Assembly (NCBI GenBank): GCA_046597055.1
Contig: JBKJLC010000244.1
Coordinates: 9,007-73,006, forward strand
Source of the DNA: Kofleriaceae bacterium
GTDB taxonomy: Bacteria; Myxococcota_A; Polyangia; Haliangiales; Haliangiaceae
DNA length: 64,000 nt
Direction: 5' to 3'
Positions 1 through 11,339 of the stretch are shown here, piece by piece. The position numbers were made by a program, and so were the translations under genes. The number at the start of each line of letters is the position of its first letter. Position 1 is the stretch's first letter. Below the pieces are notes generated by a model. That model had not been told where the DNA came from and ran no database searches. It saw nothing but the letters and a program-made list of their open reading frames with translations.

Positions 1-2022
<2,022 letters not shown>

Positions 2023-2049
2023 CGCCGGCGCGGGCCCGCCGGACGCCGG

Positions 2050-2646
2050 CTACGACCAGCCGGTCCAGTAGAAGATGATCGCGTTGTACTTGTTGTCGCG
2101 GTGCGCGAGGTCGAGCGCCGCCGGGATCGCGGTGCGGTCGCGGGCGCCATTCTTGGTGCCCGGCCACGGGTCGACCATGATCAGCTCTTCGTCCTGCTTG
2201 GGATCGAGGCGATCGACGGTGACGGCGACGGCGTGGAAGATGTCTTCGCTCTCGGTCGGGTGGAGCCGCTTGTGGGTCGTCGGGATCAGGGCCCCGCGGT
2301 ATCCGACGCCGGCCTTCACCCAGTCCAGCACGGTGGCGGTCGGCTCGGCGACCCGGCGCGCGTTGAGCCGGTACCCGAGCTCCTGGAGGTCGGCGACGTG
2401 GCCAGCGAACCAGCGCTGGACCGCGTCGATCGTGCCGCCAGTGATCGAGTGGTTCGACAGCTCGAAGAAGACGTACTCCTGGATCCCGGGCGCGTAGGCG
2501 CCCGCCCGGTACGCGATCCGTCGCAGGAGGTAGGCCGCGGCGGCACCCGCACACGCCGACGACGTGTGAACCACGGGGATGGTGACGCGGTAGTCCTCCG
2601 GCTTCTGGAGGACCACATCGTCGTCGCGGAGCCGGGTTTCGGCCAT
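2050..2646 (-). CDS. hypothetical protein, possible papain-fold C39-like cysteine peptidase
   Basis: Strong GC3 bias from ATG 2646 (MAETRL...). Motif order SSACAGAAAAYLL ... FHAVAV ... IMVDPW resembles a Cys-His-Asp C39-like layout. Confidence 0.55.
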   Translation of the reverse strand: MAETRLRDDDVVLQKPEDYRVTIPVVHTSSACAGAAAAYLLRRIAYRAGAYAPGIQEYVFFELSNHSITGGTIDAVQRWFAGHVADLQELGYRLNARRVAEPTATVLDWVKAGVGYRGALIPTTHKRLHPTESEDIFHAVAVTVDRLDPKQDEELIMVDPWPGTKNGARDRTAIPAALDLAHRDNKYNAIIFYWTGWS

Positions 2647-2787
2647 GGGCTGAGCGAGGTTACACGAAGCGTCGGGAGAGTTGTCCCGGGAGGCGAGAAA
2701 CCGCGCGCTCAGAGTACGAGAGTGCCGACCTCTACCTTCCCGTCTGTCGATCAAGTCGGGACGCGGGCCGTGTGGGCCCGTGAATGG

Positions 2788-2829
2788 TTGACACTGTGTC
2801 AGGTATCTATAACCTGACACGCTGTCAGG
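2788..2829 (+). promoter_or_regulatory. sigma70-type promoter (TTGACA-N16-TAACCT) overlapped by two TGACA-N3-TGTCA palindromes, putative TetR operators
   Basis: TTGACA at 2788-2793 and TAACCT at 2810-2815. Palindromes TGACACtGTGTCA at 2789-2801 and CCTGACAcgcTGTCAGG at 2813-2829, immediately before the tetR ATG. Confidence 0.75.
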
Positions 2830-3468
2830 ATGTCTCGAACCGTCGACACCGAGCGCCGCACCGAACTCGCTCAGCGGGCGCTCGAGGTGCTGCGCGCGCG
2901 CGGGATCGGCCGCACGACGATGAGCGAGCTGGCCAAGGCCCTCGGCCTCAAGCGGCCGACGCTCTACTTCTACTTCCGCGATCTCACCGCGCTGCTGCAC
3001 GCCGCGGTCGAGGACGTGTACGTCGCGTACCTCGCCCACGTCACCGCGCGGGTCGCCGGGATCGATCATCCGATCATCGCGCTCGGCGAGCTCGCGCGCG
3101 CGACCGTCGAGTTCCAGCGCGGCCGGCGCGACCTGATCGTGCTGCTGTTCCAGCTGTGGGCCGCCGGTGATGCCGAGCCCGAGGCGTTGCTGGCACGCAG
3201 CCGCGCGGTCGGTGAGCCGCTGCGCGCCGAGCTGGTCGGCCGGGTCGCGGCCGGGGTCGCGCGCGGCGTGGTCGCCCCGTGTGATCCGGCGCGGATCGTC
3301 GACCTGGTGCTGACCGTGCTCGACGGCGCGATCGTGCAGGAGGTCACGCGGGGGGCGTCGGGGGCGCCGGTGATCGACGAGCTGTGGGAGCGCGTGCTCG
3401 CGCCGCTGGTGCGGCCCGAGCCACCAGGACCGAGCGGACCAAGCGAACGAAGGAGCAAGCCAAGATGA
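2830..3468 (+). CDS. TetR/AcrR family transcriptional regulator
   Basis: N-terminal HTH TTMSELAKALGLKRPTLYFYF, 212 aa. Confidence 0.92.
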   Translation: MSRTVDTERRTELAQRALEVLRARGIGRTTMSELAKALGLKRPTLYFYFRDLTALLHAAVEDVYVAYLAHVTARVAGIDHPIIALGELARATVEFQRGRRDLIVLLFQLWAAGDAEPEALLARSRAVGEPLRAELVGRVAAGVARGVVAPCDPARIVDLVLTVLDGAIVQEVTRGASGAPVIDELWERVLAPLVRPEPPGPSGPSERRSKPR

Positions 3469-5186
3469 ACCCGACCAAGCCTCTGTGGATCGCGCGGCTC
3501 GCAGGCGATCAGGTCGCGATGGGGCGCCAGCACGGCGCGCTGCTGGCGGCGGCCGGCGGCGCCGACGCCGTCCTCGATCACTACCGCGACCTGCCGGCCA
3601 AGATGCTGCTCGGCGACGTGCCGGCGGCGATGCGGCCCGCGGCGAGCGCTACCATGCGCGCGGTGTCGGCCGCGCTGTTGCGCCGGCTGGCGGCCGCGCG
3701 CCCGACCGAGCTGTCGGCGCGCAGCCGCGCGTTCCTCGAGGGCCTGGGTCGCCCGGTGAGCTGGACGCGCTACCTGGGCGTGATGGATCTGTTCCAGAAC
3801 TACGTCGGGCTGGCCGCGCGCTGGCGGCTCGGGCCGTTCGCACGTCCGGCCGGGGCGCTGATGGCGGCGGCGGCCCAGCCGGCATGCTCGACGGTGATGG
3901 CGTGGGGCGCCGCGACCGCCGACGGGCGGCTCGCGCACGCGCGCAACTTCGACTTCCCCGGCATCGGCGTGTGGGACGCGGGGCCGGCGGTGGTGCTGTG
4001 CACGCCGGATCACGGCCAGCGCTACGGCTTCGTCACCACCCGCGGCGCCGACACGCCGGTGGTGACGGTGTGGAACGAGGCCGGGCTGGTGATCACGTCG
4101 CACACCCGCTTCCACCGCGAGGTCGGGTTCGGCGGCGCCAGCATCGTCGACCTGGTGCACGACCTCGGCCGCCGCGCCGAGACCCTGGCCGACGCCGAGC
4201 GCATCGCGCGCGAGCGGCCGGTCGCGTCGACCTGGGGGCTGGCGGTGTCGTCGGCGCGCGAGCAGCGCGCGATCGTCCTCGAGATCCATGCCACGCGGGT
4301 CGCGGTGGTCGAGGCGGCGGGCGATCACGTGATCTGCTGCAACCGCTACCGCGATCGCACGATGCAGGACGGCGAGGTGACGATGACGCCAGCATGGGCG
4401 CTGCACAGCGACCGGCGCGAGCGGCGGCTGGCCACGCTGGTCGCGGCCGCCAAGGCCCGCGGCGGCGCGGGCCCGCTCGACCTCGCCGCGATGATGGTCG
4501 ACCGCGAGGACGACGACGCGCCCGGCGTGCGACGGCAGCTGGGCGCGGTGGTCGCACAGCCGTGTCAGGTGCAGAGCATCGTCGTCGTGCCCGAGGCGCG
4601 CGCGCTGTGGCTCGGCGTCGGCGCCGCGCCGGTCGGGGAGGGGCGCTGGCTGCGGGTCGACTGGAGCTGGGACGGCCAGCCGGGTGCGTGGGAGCTGGGG
4701 ACCCCGGCGCCCGCCGGCCTCGGCATCACGGTGACCGACGACGGCGAACTGCCGCGGTCGGCTGGCTCGGACGCGACCGCCGCCGCGCTGACGATCGAGC
4801 AGTCGACCCACGACGACGACGCGAGCGCTGCGGCGCTCGACCGCGCGATCGCGGCGGCGCCGAGCGACCCGTCGCTGCGCCTGGCCCAGCTGTGGGTCGA
4901 GATGCGGCGCGGCGGCTGGGCCCGCGGCGCCGACCATGCCGCCGCCGGGCTGGCCCTCGAGACCCTGCCGTACCGGCGCGGCCAGCTGCTGCTGTGGGGC
5001 TCGCGGGCCGCGGCCGCCGCCGGCCAGACCGCGCGCGTCGGCATCTGGCGGGCCGAGCTCGGCACGCTGCGCGGCGCCGGTGTGCCGTACCTGCAGGCGC
5101 TCGGACGGGTCGATGAGACCCGGTCGGTGGCGGCATTCCGGCGCCGACCGGCGGCCAACCTGTTCATGCTCGAGGCCGGTTACTGA
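3465..5186 (+). CDS. C45 family (Ntn-hydrolase, AAT-like) autoproteolytic acyltransferase/peptidase with C-terminal TPR-like helices
   Basis: ATGA overlap with tetR stop. Motifs MGRQHG and ACSTVMAWG...HARNFDF (Cys nucleophile), NEAGL, CNRY. Confidence 0.8.
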   Translation: MNPTKPLWIARLAGDQVAMGRQHGALLAAAGGADAVLDHYRDLPAKMLLGDVPAAMRPAASATMRAVSAALLRRLAAARPTELSARSRAFLEGLGRPVSWTRYLGVMDLFQNYVGLAARWRLGPFARPAGALMAAAAQPACSTVMAWGAATADGRLAHARNFDFPGIGVWDAGPAVVLCTPDHGQRYGFVTTRGADTPVVTVWNEAGLVITSHTRFHREVGFGGASIVDLVHDLGRRAETLADAERIARERPVASTWGLAVSSAREQRAIVLEIHATRVAVVEAAGDHVICCNRYRDRTMQDGEVTMTPAWALHSDRRERRLATLVAAAKARGGAGPLDLAAMMVDREDDDAPGVRRQLGAVVAQPCQVQSIVVVPEARALWLGVGAAPVGEGRWLRVDWSWDGQPGAWELGTPAPAGLGITVTDDGELPRSAGSDATAAALTIEQSTHDDDASAAALDRAIAAAPSDPSLRLAQLWVEMRRGGWARGADHAAAGLALETLPYRRGQLLLWGSRAAAAAGQTARVGIWRAELGTLRGAGVPYLQALGRVDETRSVAAFRRRPAANLFMLEAGY

Positions 5187-5285
5187 CGATCGGAGGGCGG
5201 CCTCGTTCGAAGCCGTCGATCGGTCGGCCCCGGCCTGGCGACCGGGCCGCGATCGGTACGAGCCGCGTCGCCCCGCTCCGCTCGA

Positions 5286-5888
5286 TCAGTCCGTGGGCGG
5301 GTCGGCGGCCATGCGCTCCTTGAGGCGGCGCTTGATGTGCTCGAAGCGCTTGCGCAGGGTCGCCTCGCGGCGGGTCAGCGCGGCGGCGTCGAGCTCCTCG
5401 TCGGACAGCACCAGCGCGATGTCGCGCCACGGCAGCTGGCGGTCGATGCGCAGGATCAGGATCGACCGATCGTCGGGATCGAGGCTGTCGCGGGCCAGCG
5501 CGAGCCGATCCTTGACCTCGGTGCGCAGGTACTCGACGGTCGCGGTCCGCACCTGATCGGCGAGGTCGCCGAGCTCGCCCGGCAGCTGGAGCCGGCGTTC
5601 GCGCCGGCGATCGCCGCGGCGGCGCCGCGCGGCCGCGTGGCGCGCCACCGTGTAGACCCAGGTCCGCGCGGTCGACGCGAAGCGGAACTTGGGCAGGCCG
5701 CGCCACAGGTCCTCGCAGAAGGTCGCGAACGCCTCGCCGAGCTGGTCGTCGTTGCCCCGGACCATCGCTGCCAGGAACGAGGTCACCTCGGGGCCGTAGC
5801 CACGCACGATCGCGTCGGCCGCGGCCGCGTGGTCGCCGCGGTCGCAGCTCGCCTTGATGCGCGCCTCCAGGGCGTCGCGGTCGGTCAC
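5286..5888 (-). CDS. ECF-type RNA polymerase sigma-70 factor
   Basis: Region 2-like LWRGLPKFRFASTARTWVYTVARH and region 4-like LDPDDRSILILRIDRQLPWRDIA. Confidence 0.85.
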   Translation of the reverse strand: MTDRDALEARIKASCDRGDHAAAADAIVRGYGPEVTSFLAAMVRGNDDQLGEAFATFCEDLWRGLPKFRFASTARTWVYTVARHAAARRRRGDRRRERRLQLPGELGDLADQVRTATVEYLRTEVKDRLALARDSLDPDDRSILILRIDRQLPWRDIALVLSDEELDAAALTRREATLRKRFEHIKRRLKERMAADPPTD

Positions 5889-5902
5889 CCCGCGAGTCTA
5901 CG

Positions 5903-8323
5903 TCAGCGCGGGAGCTTGGCGCGATCGGCGCGGACCTCGACGCTGTCGGGATGATCGCGGCCGAGCCCGGCTTCGATGATCGAGACCGCCTGGTCGAACA
6001 GGCGTCGCGCCGCCCCCGGATCCCGCCGGCCCAGCCCGAGCGCATGGTTCCACAACGCGTAGCCGCGCTCGACCGAGTCGGCCGGCAGGCTGGCGTCGGC
6101 CATGGCGTGGGCGCGGGCCAGCATCGCGATCGCGTCGTCGATGCGGCCGACGTCGAGCAGGGTCAACCCGAGGTTGCCGACTTCGGAGATGAGCGTCGGG
6201 TTGTCCGGGCCGAGGATGGGCTCCTGGATCCGCAGGGCCTGCTCGTGCGCGGCCAGCGACTCGGTGGTCCGGCCGGCGCGACCGAGCACGACGCCGCGCG
6301 AGTTGAGGACGGTCGCCGCCATCAGCCGGGCCCGCGGGTGGTCGATGGCGGCCAGCGCGGCGTCGGCACGGTCCAGCGCGGCGAGCGCGAGCTCGTACTG
6401 CTCGCGGGCATCGGCGAGCTGGGCCTCGAGCAGCTCGAGGTTGACGCGGTTCAGGGCGACGCTGTTGACGCGGACCGCCTCGGCGCGAGCGTGGGCGATC
6501 CAGTTCGCGGCGTCGTCGAGGCGCGCGCTGTTGAGATAGGCGTTGGCGAGCATCAGCGCGATCTCGAAGGTCTCGATGCCGTCGCCGGCGGCGCGGGCGC
6601 CGAAGTACGCGGCGCGCAGGTGGGGCTCGGCCTCGACCACGCCGGCCTGGCGCAGCAGCACGATCCCGAGCGCGCGCTGGGCGAGCGCGATGCCGAGCGG
6701 GTTGCCTGACGCGGTCGCCTCCTGGACGCCCTGCTGGCCCAGCGCGACCGCCGCCTTGCGATCGCCGCGGTCGGCGGCGTGATCGGTCTGGATCGCGAGC
6801 CTGCGGATCGCGTCGAGCTGGCGGGCCGCATCGGGGTCGGCGGGCCCGATCGTCGATGCCAGCTTGGCGGGATCACCGCAGCTGGTCGGGACGTACATCC
6901 CTTCGATGTCCGCGATCAGCTCGCCGGGCCGGCCGCGGGTGACGACCGCGGTGTTGGCCAGGAGCTGCCGGGTGGTCTCGAGGCAGCGCACCAGCTCGGG
7001 CGCCATCGCCGGGGACCAGTCGGCGCGGCCCGGCAGCTCGCGACAGGCGGTGTGCCGGGTCGCGGTCCAGGCGGCACTGTCCTGGTCGAGCGCCTCGGCC
7101 GCCCACGCCGCGGTCGACGCGATCGCGGTGTGGCGGGTCAGGAACGCGCCGCGCGTGCTCGGGTTCCAGACCTCGGTCAGGTCGGCGGGGAGGCCCGCGC
7201 ACGGATCCGGCGGCGGCGCCGCCACCGCCCGCGCCGGTGCCTCGCCACCGCGGGTGACCACCACCGCCAGCGCCCCGGCCAGCGCGGCGGCGGCGACCAC
7301 GGCGATCGCGATGCGGCGCGGGGCGCGGCCGGCCCGATCGAGCGCGGCCAGCAGCGCGTCCATCGACGGCCAGCGCGCGGCCGGTGCCGCCCGCAGGCCC
7401 CGGGCGATGGCAGCGTGGACCCGCCGCGGGATCGCGCGACGCCGCGGCGGCGGCGTGAGGCGGCCGGCCGCGATCGCGAGCGCGCGCGCGCCGGGCAGGG
7501 GCGGGAACGGATCAGCGCCGCACAGCGCCTCGTACAGCGCGACGCAGAACGCGAACTGGTCGGCGCGGGCGTCGACCGCGCCACCCTCGAACTGCTCGGG
7601 CGCCATGTAGCGAGGCGTGCCGACCAGCGCGCCGGTGGCCGTGATCGCGCCGTCGGCGCGCGGCGAGCCCAGGTTGGAGCCGCCGCCAGTGGTGGTGGTG
7701 TGGCTGACGGTGGTGTCGTACGAGATCTCGCGCGCGGCCACGCCGGCCCCGACCAGGCCGGCGGCGTCGCGCGCCAGCCCGAAGTCGCCGATCCGGGCCC
7801 GGCCGTCGGCGCCGATCAGGATGTTGTCGGGCTTGACGTCGCGATGGACCAGCCCGGCCGCGTGGGCGGCGGCCAGCCCGCGCCCCGCGTCGAGGTAGAT
7901 CGCGAGCACCTCGCGCCAGCCGCGCGCTCGCTCGCGCAGCCAGGTCCGCGCGTTGCCGCCTTCGCACAGCTCCATCGCCACGAACGGCGCGCCGTCGTGG
8001 GCGCCGATCTCGTAGATGGTGACGACGTTGGGGTGAGCCAGGCGCGCCAGCGCGAGCGCCTCGCGACGGGCCCGGGCCAGGTCGGTGCCCTGCAGGTTGA
8101 GCTTGAGCGCGACCGCGCGGTCGAGGCGTCGGTCGCGCGCGCGGTAGACCGCGCCCATGCCGCCCCGACCGATCGCGTCCTCGATCACGAAGTGCTCGCC
8201 GATCACCTCGCCGGGAGGAAGCTCGCGGCTGGTGCCCGGGGTGCCGGCGGCCGCACGCAGGTCGTCGACCAGCGAACCAGCGTCGTCGGCAACCGAGGTC
8301 CGGAGCGGCTCGTCACCCGCCAC
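5903..8323 (-). CDS. membrane Ser/Thr protein kinase with C-terminal TPR repeats
   Basis: IGRGGMGAVY, VALK, HRDVKPDN, DFG, GTPRYMAPE, then a TM helix and TPRs. GTG 8323 chosen because TACCCT lies 6 nt upstream; ATG 8365 is the alternative. Confidence 0.92.
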   Translation of the reverse strand: MAGDEPLRTSVADDAGSLVDDLRAAAGTPGTSRELPPGEVIGEHFVIEDAIGRGGMGAVYRARDRRLDRAVALKLNLQGTDLARARREALALARLAHPNVVTIYEIGAHDGAPFVAMELCEGGNARTWLRERARGWREVLAIYLDAGRGLAAAHAAGLVHRDVKPDNILIGADGRARIGDFGLARDAAGLVGAGVAAREISYDTTVSHTTTTGGGSNLGSPRADGAITATGALVGTPRYMAPEQFEGGAVDARADQFAFCVALYEALCGADPFPPLPGARALAIAAGRLTPPPRRRAIPRRVHAAIARGLRAAPAARWPSMDALLAALDRAGRAPRRIAIAVVAAAALAGALAVVVTRGGEAPARAVAAPPPDPCAGLPADLTEVWNPSTRGAFLTRHTAIASTAAWAAEALDQDSAAWTATRHTACRELPGRADWSPAMAPELVRCLETTRQLLANTAVVTRGRPGELIADIEGMYVPTSCGDPAKLASTIGPADPDAARQLDAIRRLAIQTDHAADRGDRKAAVALGQQGVQEATASGNPLGIALAQRALGIVLLRQAGVVEAEPHLRAAYFGARAAGDGIETFEIALMLANAYLNSARLDDAANWIAHARAEAVRVNSVALNRVNLELLEAQLADAREQYELALAALDRADAALAAIDHPRARLMAATVLNSRGVVLGRAGRTTESLAAHEQALRIQEPILGPDNPTLISEVGNLGLTLLDVGRIDDAIAMLARAHAMADASLPADSVERGYALWNHALGLGRRDPGAARRLFDQAVSIIEAGLGRDHPDSVEVRADRAKLPR

Positions 8324-8607
8324 CGGCGCAGGGTAGCCCAGAACCGCGGTGAACCGAGGTGACATGCCAGAACCTGCCGGGGCCTCGGGCTGGCTCAGGG
8401 CTTTGATGCTTCCGAATACTCCTTCCCTATCGATCGGCCGGCCACGGCCCGGAGGCCGCGCCTCGCTTCGCTCGGCCAGGTCACGGCGGCGCGCCGGTCA
8501 CGAAGCGCTCGAGGCTGGCGACCAGCGCGGCGACGTGCGGCCCCGGGTCGGCCGCGTCAGGATCGCTCGAGCCGAAGCAGGCTGCGTGCACCGTCGCTCT
8601 CCGCGGG

Positions 8608-8637
8608 AGGCTAGCGCAGGCTAGCGCAGGCTAGCGC
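8608..8637. repeat. 10-bp tandem repeat (AGGCTAGCGC)x3 spanning the aldo/keto reductase stop codon
   Basis: Three exact copies at 8608, 8618 and 8628. Confidence 0.9.
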
Positions 8638-9623
8638 GCCCCGTAGTTGTGCTCGCTGCGCTCTTCGCTGCGGTCGGTCGCCGGCGGCGGCGTTGGCGTC
8701 AGCGCGGCGATCCGCGCCCGCAGCTCGGGCGTCATCGCGATCGTGGTGGCGCCGAGCACCCCGTCGAGCTGGTCGACGTCGCGCGCGCCGATCAACACCG
8801 AGGTCACCGCCGGATGGGCGCCAACCCAGGCGGTCGCCAGCGCGGCGGGATGCACGCCGAGCTCGAGCGCGAGCGCGGTCAGCGCGTCGGCGGTGTCGAG
8901 GTGCGCCTCGTCCGCGTAGCGGGTCTGGTACATCCGGTTGGTCGCCATCCGTCCGGCAGCCGGACGCTTGGTGCGACCCCACTTGCCGGTCAGCAGCCCG
9001 CCCGCGGTCGGGCTGTACGGCACCACCGCCAGGCCCAGCGCCGCCGCCATCGGCAGCAGCTCGACCTCGGCCTGGCGCTTGAGCAGGTTGTACATCGGCT
9101 GCACCGCGACCAGCGGAGCCAGCGCGCGCGCGGCGGCGACGCCCTGCGCGTGCGCGACCTGCCAGGCGGCGAAGTTCGAGCACGCCGGATACAGGATCTT
9201 GCCGGCGCGGACGAGGTCGTCGATCGCGCGCAGGGTCTCGCCCAGGTCGGTCGCGTCGTCCCACCGGTGCAGGTAGAAGACGTCGATCCACTCGCGGCCG
9301 AGCCGGCGCAGGCTCGCCTCGCACGCGCGGACCAGGTGGTAGCGCGAGCTACCGCGGGCGTTGGCGTCCTTCCCGGTCGGGAAGTACGCCTTGGTCGCGA
9401 TCACGACCTGATCGCGGTGATCCGCGGCCAGCCGGCCGAGGATCTGCTCCGAGCGGCCGTCGCTGTAGACGTCGGCGGTGTCGAAGAAGTTGATGCCGGC
9501 GTCGCGCGCGCGTGCGTACAGCGCGGCGGCGCCGGCCTCGTCGGCGTCGCCACCGAACGACATGCAGCCGAGGGCCAGGCGCGAGACCTTGACCCCGGTC
9601 TTGCCGAGGAGGCGGAGCTCCAT
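8631..9623 (-). CDS. aldo/keto reductase
   Basis: LGKTGVKVSRLALGCMSFG, FFDTADVY, VIATK, SLRRL, YLH, YSPTAGGLLTGK. ATGA coupling to the upstream gene. Confidence 0.93.
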   Translation of the reverse strand: MELRLLGKTGVKVSRLALGCMSFGGDADEAGAAALYARARDAGINFFDTADVYSDGRSEQILGRLAADHRDQVVIATKAYFPTGKDANARGSSRYHLVRACEASLRRLGREWIDVFYLHRWDDATDLGETLRAIDDLVRAGKILYPACSNFAAWQVAHAQGVAAARALAPLVAVQPMYNLLKRQAEVELLPMAAALGLAVVPYSPTAGGLLTGKWGRTKRPAAGRMATNRMYQTRYADEAHLDTADALTALALELGVHPAALATAWVGAHPAVTSVLIGARDVDQLDGVLGATTIAMTPELRARIAALTPTPPPATDRSEERSEHNYGAR

Positions 9624-10189
9624 CACCGCGCGAACGCGGCTTCGATCTTCGCGATGACCTTCTCTTCGCTGCCCGACACCTTGCCGATGCCGAGGAAGCC
9701 ACCGGCCGAGCCGGCGATGAGGTTGGCGAAGTTCAGGATCTGCTTCTTCAGCAGCCGCACCTGCTCGTCGTTGAGCTGCGAGGTGAGGGCATTGATGTAG
9801 CCAAGCCAGGCCTCGAACAGGCTGTCGTCGGGCTGCTTGCTCAGCCAGCTCGATAGCAGCTGGTAACCGGGCGTGCCCTCGTCCATGCCCTTGCCCTGGG
9901 CACCGTGGAGGATGGCATCGCGCTCGTTGTCCTGGATCGCGCCGTCGGCCCAGGCCACCGCGATCAGCGGTACCAGCGACAGCGCGGCGACCGTCTTGCC
10001 GGTGAGGCCGAGCCCGACCAGCTTGTCGAGGACCTCGTCGTCGGTCATGCCCGACACCTTGCGCAGCTCCTCGCGGGTCGCCTGCACAGACAGCTTGTCC
10101 TTCATCTGCTCGAGTTTTTTCTGGTCCTCCTTGTGGAAGAACTCATCCTCGAGGGCGGCGCGTCGCTCATCCATCATATCGCGGGTCAC
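9623..10189 (-). CDS. conserved hypothetical protein, TerB-like helical domain
   Basis: GTG start with AGGAG SD. Motifs VAWADGAIQDNERDAI and GFLGIGKVSGSEEKVIAKI resemble TerB-family acidic motifs. Confidence 0.7.
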   Translation of the reverse strand: MTRDMMDERRAALEDEFFHKEDQKKLEQMKDKLSVQATREELRKVSGMTDDEVLDKLVGLGLTGKTVAALSLVPLIAVAWADGAIQDNERDAILHGAQGKGMDEGTPGYQLLSSWLSKQPDDSLFEAWLGYINALTSQLNDEQVRLLKKQILNFANLIAGSAGGFLGIGKVSGSEEKVIAKIEAAFAR

Positions 10190-10337
10190 GTCGTACTCCT
10201 TGGCAGCGTTTCGGTGGGTGTGTATACCACCCCTCCGAGGTGTCGCGAGGGGCGCGCACACATGACGGCGTGGTGACGTTCGCGCGGTTACGCATTTCTG
10301 ATTGCCCATGGCCCACTGGCTCTGCTAATCGCGCCGG

Positions 10338-11252
10338 ATGAACCCCTTCCCGCTGCTCCTGGGCGTCCTCACCGTGGCCGGAGCCGGCTGCGCGTCGAGT
10401 CGCGCGCCTGGCGGCGCCGACGACGACCCGGTCGATGCGGCGCCGCGTGACTCCGCGACTCCGGATTCGAACGTCCCTGACGACGGCCGTTCCCCCGACG
10501 CCGCGCTGCCCACCGACGCCGCGCTGACCGCGGCCGGCCCGACGCTGCTGCTGTCGGAGGTCGTGCTGGCCCCGGCCGGCGGCGAGTTGGTCGAGATCGT
10601 CAACCCGACCGGCGTGGCGGTCGACCTGTCGACCTACTACCTGAGCGACGCGCCCGACTACTGGAAGCTCCCGGCCGGCGTGCCGACGGTCGACAGCACC
10701 GACGCCATCGTGCGCTTCCGGGCCGGGGCGAGCATCCCGGCTGGCGGCGTGGTGACGGTCGCGTTCGACACCGCGGCCAGCTTCACGACCACCTACGGCA
10801 CCGCGCCGACCTACTCGATCGCCTCGGGCACGGTGGTGCTGGTGACCTCGGCCCTCGCGCCGACACTGACCAACGCCGGCGAGCCGATCGTCCTGTTCCG
10901 CTGGGACGGGATGAGCGACCGCGTCACCGACGTCGACCTGATGCTCGCGGGCACGCCGTCGGCGGGCAACCTGCTCGTCGACAAGAGCGGCGTCGCGCAG
11001 GACGGTCCCGACTCCGGCACCACGACCTCGGCCTACGCCAGCGATGCGCGCACCATCGCCTCGCAGGCAACGGTGCCGGCGTCGGGCCAGTCGACCAAGC
11101 GGATCGCGCTCGAGAGCTCCACCGTCGAGCTCCAGGCCGGCGGCAACGGCGTCGGCGGGCAGGACGAGACCAGCGAGGCGACCGCGCGGACCTGGGACGC
11201 AACGTTCACGGCGCCGACGCCGGGCACGGTCCCCGCCGCCCTCGCGCCTTAG
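10338..11252 (+). CDS. lipoprotein with lamin-tail-like domain
   Basis: Lipobox GAGC, Asp/Pro/Ala linker, then LLLSEV...ELVEIVNPT...VDLSTYYLSD. Confidence 0.75.
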   Translation: MNPFPLLLGVLTVAGAGCASSRAPGGADDDPVDAAPRDSATPDSNVPDDGRSPDAALPTDAALTAAGPTLLLSEVVLAPAGGELVEIVNPTGVAVDLSTYYLSDAPDYWKLPAGVPTVDSTDAIVRFRAGASIPAGGVVTVAFDTAASFTTTYGTAPTYSIASGTVVLVTSALAPTLTNAGEPIVLFRWDGMSDRVTDVDLMLAGTPSAGNLLVDKSGVAQDGPDSGTTTSAYASDARTIASQATVPASGQSTKRIALESSTVELQAGGNGVGGQDETSEATARTWDATFTAPTPGTVPAALAP

Positions 11253-11339
11253 GCCCACGACGGAGGTCGACCCGCACGACAGGGCCACGGCGGGACGAGC
11301 GAGGCCAGTTTCGGCGCCGGGCCTGGTATCCTGCCGGTC

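Noticed and set aside
8481..8591. Short minus-strand ORF (VHAACFG...LVASLERFVTGAPP) as a gene or remnant
   Set aside because: Only about 36 codons, with no SD and no recognisable family; it cannot be supported without a search.
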